Part shown: piece by piece, positions 26,601-36,019 of the stretch | Layout: every line of letters starts with the position of its first letter | Numbering within the stretch: the first letter of the stretch is position 1 | NCBI GenBank assembly: GCA_903813345.2 | Contig: CAIIXF020000001.1 | Coordinates: 8,990,001 to 9,054,000 of the forward strand | DNA length: 64,000 nucleotides | Reading direction: 5' to 3' | DNA from: Owenia fusiformis | Taxonomy: Eukaryota | Made by a program: the position numbers and the translations under genes | The notes under the pieces: model-generated | What the model saw: only the letters and a program-made list of their open reading frames with translations | The model's database searches: none | Told to the model about the DNA's origin: nothing

Positions 26601-29600
26601 TGCTCTGCAGAGATATGTCTCATATAATTAACTGTATCTCAAGTGATAAATGTCAAGTCTAAAGCTATAAGGATGTTTAGTATTACTTTGAGTGTTTCTA
26701 TAGCGATGAGTGCTTCATAAATATTAAACAGGTACTTTACTTCTTGGCTTTAATATTAATATCTCCAACATTGATATAGAGCCCCACTTACTTCATGTAG
26801 AGGGTATATTTTGTCATGATGAAATCTGCACCATTTCCAGGGGGTATGTTGCCATTCTTAATCAGGGTCACCAGAGGCTGAAGTGTGGATGTCACTTCTC
26901 CTAGTTTTGATTTGAACTCTTCAATCAGGGGTAGTAGTTCTGGGGATTCTTTTTTTAAAAGCTGAAATTGTTCAGAAAAAAGCATTTTACTTAAATTGTT
27001 CAGTTTACTCAATATTGAAATCGTTAAATAAGTTTGAAATGTTCATTTTATTCATTTAAAATAAATGTACTACAAAAGAGCAACATGCAAAAATACTAAC
27101 CTGTATTTTCTCCTTCTTTGATAGTTTGGAAAGATCTTTTTTAACGATTTGCTTTTCAACACCAGCTTCTGTTTTCTCAGTCTCATCTACCTGATTGGTG
27201 AAAAATAAAACACATAAGGGATGACCCTAATTGAAAAACATATATCTAAAACATTCCAAAACCTGACTAACACACCCCTCAAAGGGTCTAAGATGATTTT
27301 AATAAATTACATTATTAGGTTTTTATATAATTTCTAAGGTACCCTCAATCTTTGAATTTCTCTTTAACTCATATTAAAACCTGTACTTTGAAAAACTTTG
27401 TAGCAGAATAATTCTAGTGCTCCTTTCTACTTTATAATGCAAACAAAATATTATGTGTTAAAAAGAAAATGGAAGGAACATGTGATTCTCAATGGCCATT
27501 CGAGTACAAACCTTGAATATTTCAAGCCCAAAGTCGTCATCATCAAGGTTGTCAGCCATCTTCCTCTGAAAGGCAAGAGCTTCTTGTTCCTCCATCTCAG
27601 CTGCAGCCTCAACATCTGAACCACTGACATCTAAAACAATACACACAATATAATAGTGGGACTACATTTTCAATATATCACAAATCACTTTATAACAATA
27701 GTAAACTGCTCGACCTACCGAACTACCTCCCTATTGTATTGTATTTTGTTTACCACCAATGAAGGTGAGCAATACCTCTTGGGTATGTCCCGTATATATA
27801 CGGTCGTAATTTACGTAATTGACATGGAAGATAGACCCAGAAACCCCTCCTTGAAGGAGCCCTGTGTTCTTTTATGTGCACTTATACATAGACATACAAG
27901 TACACACCACAGCCTTTTGTACGAGTTGCGGACCACTCAGTCAAACACCCTGAAGTACTTCACGCAAACAAGCAAATTTTTAGTCTTGCCTGAACCGGGG
28001 ATCGAATCCGGGACCTATTGCGTAAGAGGTACCTGCGCTACCGCTGAGCTACATGGGTGGACATAATCAACCTATCAAGCTTACTTATATGATATATCAG
28101 TTAGATTATGAAGATGCTTTATGCAATATAAGGTTAAATATGACAATAACAATTTCCATGAATAGTTAATATCCGATACCGAGTGTCTCTTTTCATTGCT
28201 TTTGATAAAATGATTCTTATCTAATCTAATCTAATCATCAAACATAATACTGTAGTCTTTCATATACTTTCAATCCTTTCGAGTGGAATTTGTCTGTTTA
28301 AAATATTAAGATACATTTGATGTATAGGTTTGCAAATGTAATATGTTCCTACCTAGGTCTTCTTCATCTACATCTGCCCCATAGTATTTATTCTTGGTGG
28401 TGCCCCACGCTTTGTCATCAAACTCTACAAGAAAATAGAACCTCAGTTGAAAATAAAAAATACATGTATATCTAAAGTATAATTTTTTTTAAAAGCCTTT
28501 GATGTTTATCTTTTCAAAAAATGTGTATTTGAAGATAAAGAAAATATCTTTGTGGGTTTATGCATGGATTCTAATATCATATGCAAATCATCTTTTTAAC
28601 ACCAAGAATGAGTGATCTAGTTACATGTGAGTGTAGCAATTACTTACTTTGTTCTTCATCTTCTACATCACTTGCCATATCATCCTGTCTTCCCTGGGCC
28701 TGAAACCTTTCCAATGTGGCAGCTAGGCGCTTATCTATGACATCATCATCGCTGTCATCATCAGCCAGGGGCATGAACTCTTCCTGAAATATAGAAAATA
28801 TTTAGGTTATTTCTTAAATTACAGTATTATTTATCTTTAATTCAACTGATACATTTACACACAAAATATACACACAAGCACATCCTATGCAATTGCACTT
28901 ATCCCATAGTTGAGGTCAAATCTGTGGAATAACATGTACCGGTACATGTATATATATTTATGATATTTTGCAAATGTGTGGAAAAAGCTTTATCTGCGGA
29001 ATACGGAGAACATTCCAAGATCTCTCAAAATCATAGGATGTCCTATACATATTCATTGATGAAACAGTTGGATAATAGATGTATAGAATATTTTCATTTG
29101 AGTCAAAAAAATTAATTTGAATCATGAATTTTATGTCTCCATAACCTTACCTCTTGGTCTGATCCAGCAGGTCCTCTCAATTCAGTCCCTTTATCCAAGA
29201 GCACCTAGAAAATAATCAGACCAATACACATAAGTTTTTAACATCATGTTTATTCATTTCTTTATTTTAAAATATGAATGAATAGTTTTGGTTAATTTTT
29301 CCTGGATATTTACTTTTCTATTCTAACACTAGGTTACAATATTTATTAGTTTTCATTTCCTAAATTGACTATCCACTTTTGATTAAATTGTTGCCCCTTA
29401 TTTAATATTCATACCTTGTCTCTCTCTGCATGAAATTCATCAATTTCATCATACATAAAATCTCTACTTCTTTTATCAGGAACCTTCTCATTCTCATAGG
29501 CCCTCTCATCATCTGAGCCATAGCTAATGGGTGTCATTGACTTCTTGCTCTTGCCTGCTTTCTTCCTGGAAACACAAAATTTTTGTTCAATTACTGTATC

Positions 29601-32600
29601 ACATCATGGTATAAATCCTATAAGAAATAATAGAATGTAGTTGTAAAGCAAGTATGATTCTTCTTCCAGTTTGAGTCACATCTTGTCCAATGATAGTTTT
29701 TCAACTAAAATATTGTACTTTATTATATCACTATCTAGCTAGTGACAGTATGATTGGTCAGAACCGGGTCACATGTCCCAATAACATGGGATAAGGAAGC
29801 CATTAAGGTTGTTCCATATGTTCAGAAAATTTGATGGCTTTCTAAATTGGAATCACTTTTTATTTCAGGTACGTATATCTCACTCCATATATGGTACATG
29901 TATATTACTTTCAGTTTTGTACAAGTAATGACAGTGGTCTCACCAAGGATCTAATGCATTAAATAGAGCCCCACCCTGTTGGTTCATTTCTAGCACCCTG
30001 TATCTCCCCTGTTGAATAAACAGCAAAACTTAATACCCTCCCCCTGCAGTAAAAAATCCTGGAGAACACTCAGTTGAATGGATACAAACAGTACACCTAC
30101 TATACTGAACTGTAAAGTGTGGGCCAAAAATAAACCTCAAGCTTCAAAAGTTGTCACAATGAGCTAAATTTTAAGTTTCATGTCTCAAACTCTCCCGAGT
30201 GGTAGAAAAATAATTCCCGTTCACTTTAAGTAGCACAATAAATGAATTCAAAGCTTCATACCTGCAAATGATGGATAAATCCCTACCAAATCGAACGAAT
30301 GTTTTCATGAATCGCCATGTTTGTGATCCAAGGAGGATTGACTCCCAGAATGCAACATCAGTTGAACTTATTTACTCATGACAGATTTCAAAATGGCGGA
30401 ACGGCATTTTGAAAGCTGGCACGTGTCATGTTGCATTCTGGGAGTCAATCCACATTGCAGCGCAATCGGGCTCTAAAATCACCTCAACATTTGAAGAGTC
30501 GGCATTAACATGTGAATATCCACTTCAAATTTTTAAGTTCTTATTTGTCATTATGGACACAAATTCCACTATATCTGGACTTACTAGGACGGAGAAAATA
30601 GAGCACTGAATACACTGATGTAAGAATTTATTACATGTGCGACAGCATGTAATTTTCATAGCTTTTGTAATTCTTTATGTTCCCCACTGTAAATCATTTT
30701 AACTTCAGCATGAATAAAAAAAATGAATAACATTAAATAAGTCCATAGTCTGCATGAACACTAATAGATGAATGAATAAATATTGTAAATATACTAGAAA
30801 TAAGAAAATGCAGTGACCTAAATCTTTTGTAACTCTATACATTAATATGTACTCTTTGTGCAAATCTGAAAAATGTATGGAATAAGTTGTATGTGCCTGT
30901 CCTGAAGATAACATGGGACTCCAATTGAGAAACAAACAGAATGTACACACGTTAAATTATATATAATTGAATGATCGAAAGTTAAAGAATTTGGGATATT
31001 TGAATTATTTTGATGGGGCATTTTCACTGGACCTCACAAGAGACATCTGGTGAAAACCTGGGACATTTTCAAACCCTTGGCCATTACATATTTTCTGCAT
31101 TATCCTGGTTTTATCTAGTGTCAAATTTTGTCCAGTGACCATGCCAAGGTCAGTCAAGCCCCATGTCTGGCCTGCCAGGACACACTATTGGTCCGAATCT
31201 TAATAGTCCAAATCCTGATGGTCCGAATCCCAATCATCCACATCCATATTCATTCGAATCCCAATTGTCCGAATCTCAATCGTCCGGATCCCATTCACCC
31301 GAATTTCAATCATTCGAATCCCATTTGTCCGGAACCTAATGTGATTTGGACCATTGGAATTCAGACGAATGGGATTCTGACCCTGAGGTTTCATTAACGG
31401 CATCCTTCAATGGAGAGGACATAAATCAAGATTGGGTGGAGGTAAATTAAAAGAATAATTACGTTTTTGGGACGCAATTTGAATTTCGTAAATCACCTCG
31501 TGAATCCACTTACCTTCAGTCTCTTTATTTCGTCAGAATCCACTAAATAATTGAAGGAAATTCTATTTCTAAAAGAAATAAAATTTTCTTTCAAAAGTTT
31601 CCTTCCCAGAAGTTGATATCTGATCGAAATAGTACGAGGCATGTGATAGGACAAATAGTTATCCAATACTCGATATCCGAGCAGTAATCAGTACGAGTCT
31701 TACGATTGGCCGCTAGCTGAGGACCCGATTTAAACCATTCTCTATTGGTCAAGTGCGATCACAAGATCATTATTTAAGAATGCGCATGCGAAAGAAACTG
31801 AACCAAAAAATTGAACCTAACGCAGATTGCCCCTAAACTAAGCAAAATCAGTCGCTAATTGCTTCGAAATACGCAAAGAAAATGTGTTTCTAATGGTTGA
31901 ATATAAGTTATACCTCACAAGTGATGGTATCTGTATCATTCAATGACATACTAGACTCGCCAGAACACTGATTTAGACCGATAAATAGCAAAAGCGATAC
32001 AAAATTTTATCAATTTTATTTTGGTTAGTGTAAAAGCGTGACTTTGAATTCCCAGGAAAATTTTTTCAAGGGACGCAGTTTTTTGAGGGGAGACGCATTT
32101 TTTGAAAATCGTAACGTCCCAGGGACGCAATCTTGGACAAACCTACTGAAAACACTGGGATCATTTGGGATTTGGACGAGTAGGATTCGGTTATCTCGTT
32201 CCAAGACTATCTCTACGTTCTAGTCTTGCAAACGTCTTATTCTTTTGCCTGTATGATTACAACATGGGAGAATTTTCTACACATCTTACACTTAAGATAC
32301 CTGTTTCAATAGATTCCTTGGTATTTTAGCATTCTTTCCGTGTAGTTGAATCCACAATTGTGTGGGTTTATCGGCAGAACAAAGAAATTTTCGTTTTTGA
32401 TAGCAATATTTGCGTGTAATATTTATTTAAGGTGACTGTTAACTTAATCGATTTTCAGAAAAAATTGAAAATTTCACAATCTTGAAATTTTCAAACTCTT
32501 CCTGAGAAGTTGTTTTTATTATTTCACATATGCTTGTGCACTGTAATTATTACAAAGACATCAAAGAACAACAAAAAAAAACTTTAGTTTGAGAAAAAAA

Positions 32601-34792
32601 GTGCTGTTTAAAGAATTTGAGAAGATTTTTTTCTAGGAGTAGCCCGTGAAAAACCGCTGATTCAAAATATCTGAACATTTCAGAAAATATACTTCAAACA
32701 TATATCAAAAACGAAGGAGCAACGGAAATTTGGAAAATTAGCCGATAAAAAAATTGGAATCCAAATAAGGAAAAAAGTACACTTCTCAAATTGTTTTTTT
32801 CTATTTTTTTTTAATTTGTATGAGAGATTTCAAAATTCTAAAGCTCCTTCCATTTTGGGCTATATTAAAGGGATGTTTCAGAGAAATTAGAAAAAAAATG
32901 TTCAGGGACCTTTGCCGTGCTACTCTTTTTGTCAATTTTTCTGTCACATTTTCAGAGGACTCAAATTCCCATTCCAAAATGTTTACTGTTTCTATTTGCA
33001 TTACCACAGTGAGCCTGGTTATATAAATGATAAGTGGAACTAAAAAATTGAGAGAAAATCCAACCAAAAGACAGTTAATTTTGATGGTCAGATTATACTC
33101 AAATGCCATGTGCTTCCTGGTTTCGGCCATCTTGGAGTTATAAGTTACCTTAACTTATTTCAACCGTCAAATTCCTCCATTCAGTTCCCGGCATGCACCA
33201 GTCATAAGGGAAATCCCTGGGGAATTCCCTTTCCCACATTTTGAAAATTGCTGATATATTTCCGATGTAAAAACTAAAATCTCTTCGTTCTGCCGATAAA
33301 CCCATACAATTGGCGATTCAACTACATAAAAAGAATTCTAAAATACTAAGGAATGTATCGAGGTAGGTTATTTAGGTGTGCAATGCGTAGTATTTTCTCC
33401 AACTATGTAAAAACATTGACTGACCAATAATTGGCGCGTACGACCACAATCTAAACGGGTCGTAGGATGCGATAAGAATTCGGACCTTTGGGATTCGGAC
33501 CAATGGGGTGACCCCTGCAAAAATGGTGCTGCAAAATGGATCAACTGAACAACAACAATAAATAAAGACATATAATCAGTGGATACCAAGATTACAGTGG
33601 GGGGCATAAAGAATTACAAAACCTATGGAAATTACATGTTGTCGCATATGTAAAAAATTCTTACCTCAGTGTATTCAGTGCTCTATTTTCTCCGTCATAG
33701 TAAGTCCAGATATAGTGGAATTTGTGTCCATAATGACAAATAAGAACTTAAAATTTGATGTGGAATTCACATGTTAATGCCGACTCTTCAAATGTTGAGG
33801 TGATTTTGGAGCCAGATTACGCCGCAATGTGGGTTGGCTCCCAGAATGCAACATGACACGTGTCAGCTTTCAAAATGCCATTCCGCCGTTTTGAAATATG
33901 TCACAAATAAATAAGGTTACTTGATGTTGCATTCTGGGAGTCAATCCTCCTTGGATCACAAACATGGGGATTCATGAAAACATTAGTCCGATTTGGTAGG
34001 GATTTATCCTAGTATGTATCCAACAGACTGACTAGAAGTCAGTCTGTTATGATGTACTACTTTCCTGTGGAAATTGCAGTGAAATTTCTTGCACAAAATT
34101 ATCAATTAGAGGAACCATTTTTTCAATAAAATTAAAATTACAAAATTTCAACTAAATAGTAAGGTACAATTAAATGCAATAAAAAGTAACACAGCATATC
34201 ATCAAGTGGAAATAAAGCTAGATGAAGTAACAAATGTGCAAATTAATTTTACCCAATCGGCCATTTTGAATAGCACTTCCTATGTAAACAAATATTACCA
34301 AACTTTAACATAGGTGCCTTATAGTCTGAATATAATTCAGACTAAATAGGATATAGTCTAGGATTTATCCATCATTTGCAGGTATGAGGCTTTGGATTCA
34401 TTTATTGTGCTACTTAAAGTGGATGGGAATTATTTTTCTACCACTTTGGAGAGTTTGAGACATGAAACTTAGAATTTAGCTCATTGTGACAACTTTTGAG
34501 GGTTGAGATTTATTTTTGTCCCCAACTTTAGCTAACGGGGATACTCTAAGATTTTGGTAAATACATCTTTCCAGTTTACAGCCATCAAAACAAGCTACGG
34601 TGTAGGCGAAATCAGGAAATAAAAATGGTATCTGTTCAAATGGTTCTTTTTTGTGTCAAAAAAACATACATTATACACAGATGTATTTCTAAGAAATTTA
34701 GACTGGCTACTTCAATTCTGAGACTAAAGTTATAAAAAATAAAATAAAAATTAGATTTCTTTATGGTGAACTTACTTTCTTGCACTCCCCAT
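20683..34792 (-). CDS. UTP3: SAS10/UTP3 small-subunit processome component
   Basis: 17-nt first coding exon 34792-34776 (MGSARK, donor GTAAGT) joins in phase to 29565-29415 (DEIDEFH); further exons near 29204-29151, 28783-28648, 28424-28353, 27629-27512, 27190-27101, 26961-26792 (LKKESPELL), 26393-26298 (HPVIKRLVQYR), 25941-25796, 25459-25336, 25071-24959, 21900-21814, 21475-21368 (KNRGLTPNRKKENKNPRVK), and a last exon ending YGGEISGIRAGLKRSVKLK*, typical of the Sas10 C-terminal domain. Confidence 0.95.
21928..22840 (+). mobile_element. Non-autonomous Helentron-like element (HINE/pearl-like)
   Basis: Subterminal IR ATCCCATCGAA / TTCGATGGGAT; internal AAAATGGCNGCC-rich repeats; (ACGG)n ~22742-22797. 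Confidence 0.75.
22852..23160 (+). mobile_element. tRNA-derived SINE
   Basis: Pol III A box TGGCTCAGTGG (22864) and B box GGTTCGATTCC (22907); body shared with the copy at 27732-28062, including GTGCACAYAAAAGAAC, which resembles Deu/Nin-type SINE cores. Confidence 0.8.
23161..24673 (+). mobile_element. Non-autonomous Helentron-like element with ~340-350-bp internal tandem repeat (~4 copies)
   Basis: 5' hairpin AGTACCATGGGTACT; sub-TIR GCTCACAT / ATGTGAGC; AATGGCGRCC..AAAATAGGC recurs at ~23402, 23738, 24078, 24428; (ACGG/ACAG)n ~24563-24634. Confidence 0.75.
27732..28062 (-). mobile_element. tRNA-derived SINE (same family as 22852-23160)
   Basis: Minus strand GTAGCTCAGCGGTAG (A box) and GATTCGATCCCC (B box); shared body; (ACAAT)n tail. 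Confidence 0.8.
30113..30694. mobile_element. ~580-bp Tc1/mariner-like MITE, copy 1
   Basis: Reverse complement of 33590-34530; one end CCCCACTG|TA, the other degenerate; internal palindrome ACTCCCAGAATGCAACAT/ATGTTGCATTCTGGGAGT; partial third copy at ~49845-49917. Confidence 0.75.
32299..33368. mobile_element. TIR element with ~110-bp diverged arms
   Basis: TTCCTTGGTATTTTAG...GGGTTTATCGGCAGAAC mirrored by GTTCTGCCGATAAACCC...CTAAAATACTAAGGAA. Confidence 0.7.
32431..33149. mobile_element. Kolobok-like non-autonomous element
   Basis: TTAA|GGTGACTGTTAACT ... AGTTATAAGTTACC|TTAA: TTAA TSD with RR...YY termini. Confidence 0.7.
33590..34530. mobile_element. ~580-bp MITE copy 2 (inverted relative to 30113-30694), interrupted at 34010-34360
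   Basis: Collinear reverse complement of copy 1; begins TA|CAGTGGGGGGC. Confidence 0.8.
34010..34360. mobile_element. ~350-bp element with 10-bp TSD (Mutator-like), copy 1
   Basis: GGATTTATCC at 34000-34009 and 34361-34370; the empty site is visible once at 30273-30282; near-identical inverted copy at 51743-52099. Confidence 0.85.
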
Positions 34793-34794
34793 TT

Positions 34795-34970
34795 CTCGTT
34801 TCCCTGTAAGGTTTCTTCTTAATATGTAATATATGGCTGGCAAAACGCAAATAAGAAGGTTTCAGAATTTTTTTTCAGAAAAAAAATTTGCACGTGAACC
34901 GGAAATGTATTACGATAATTAGCGAGATTTGAGGCGAGATCAGAGATTGTTGTAGCAACAAAAGGTAAAA
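34795..34970. promoter_or_regulatory. Probable bidirectional promoter UTP3/LRRC34
   Basis: Directly upstream of the UTP3 ATG; CACGTG (34891), ETS-like CCGGAAAT (34899), RFX X-box-like ATTGTTGTAGCAAC (34946-34959), then a + strand donor AAAG|GTAAAA. Confidence 0.6.
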
Positions 34971-35361
34971 TTAGCGCAAATTGTCATTTTATCTGTTCAG
35001 TATGCAATTAATTTGATAGTTACAAAGACAAAATATATCATTATCGATTTCTTGATGTGCAAACCTAAAAAAAGAGTAGATTTATACCACTGAGAACAGG
35101 ATCAAAATATTTTTTAGATCTTTCTATTTTTCAAAAAATTTTCAAAAATCTTCAGACTCCACACGTGCTAGTCTAAACGAAGAATATTAAAGGCCCGAGT
35201 AAAGGGGGAGGGGGTTAAGGGGAATGCTTCTGTTCACTATGGTCTAGTCCTAGAGTTAGTATCAGCCTAAGAATATGAATATTTCATTGATTCGACCTAT
35301 GACTATGTCTGCATTTTACAGTCCTACACATACGTGTACAGTCTGCAGCACTGGATAGATC

Positions 35362-35770
35362 TAGCCTTGTAGAAGTCTTTAGCATTTGTTGATTTTTAAA
35401 ATTTGGATATTTGTTTCCAAATGTAAAGCCTTGCAACATACCCATCGGAAAAAGCTTGACTTTATCTGCGATAAATTACATGTAATTCGTTAACCAAAGC
35501 AGTTTGGCCCAGTTATCTACTCCTGACGTCGTAAATCTACGACGTCGTGAGTAGATAACTGGGCCAGAAGGGTTTGGTTAGTAATTCGTAAGATAAATAC
35601 TTCTTACTTGTCATATTTCCATGCTCAACCCAAAGAATACCACTATTTCTACAGTCCTGCTACGCCAAACTATATCCTAAGTAATAACTGGAGTCATAAA
35701 ATGAACTTCTTTCCGAACAAATATCCAAATTTTAAAAATCAACAAATGCTAAAGCCTTCTACAAGGCTTA
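35362..35770. mobile_element. MITE with ~55-bp TIR and ~10-bp TSD
   Basis: AGCCTTGTAGAAG.CTTTAGCATTTGTTGATTTTTAAAATTTGGATATTTGTT mirrored; flanks TGGATAGATC / TAGATAGATC. Confidence 0.8.
35491..35580. mobile_element. 90-bp palindromic Mutator-like mini-element nested in 35362-35770
   Basis: Exact 9-bp TSD GTAATTCGT; arms TAACCAAA..TGGCCCAGTTATCTACTC; the same terminus occurs at 61311-61345. Confidence 0.85.
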
Positions 35771-36019
35771 TAGATAGATCATAAGCTTTTTCTTATGGGC
35801 TCATTAATCTTTTTCTGATTATCCATGAATTGATGACATAGTGCTTTACCTGTTTACCATTTGAAAAAATGCTAGGTAATCAACACATTGTACCATAATT
35901 GAACATGTTGAAATAGAATGTAGATCCGGATGTCCTATTCATATGGGTTGATTAAACCTTTTTACATCTTGAATTTCTGTGTTACGTTTTGTACTGCATA
36001 TGTATTTTCCAGTCTAACA

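Larger units (their letters stand above)
31177..33514. mobile_element. Fold-back element with 15-bp subterminal repeats (GTCCGAATCCCAAT), interrupted by younger insertions
   Basis: Repeats at ~31188-31335 on one strand; reverse-complement copies at ~31345-31378, 32158-32192 and 33470-33506. Confidence 0.6.

Noticed and set aside
31128..31403. Pentapeptide-repeat ORFs (PNxNx / IRxxG)
   Set aside because: Translation of 15-bp subterminal transposon repeats.
30113..34530. One Mutator element with 580-bp TIRs, or a duplicated UTP3 promoter
   Set aside because: No outer TSD; each arm has its own Tc1-like ends, a third partial copy exists at ~49845, and a better UTP3 exon 1 is at 34776-34792.
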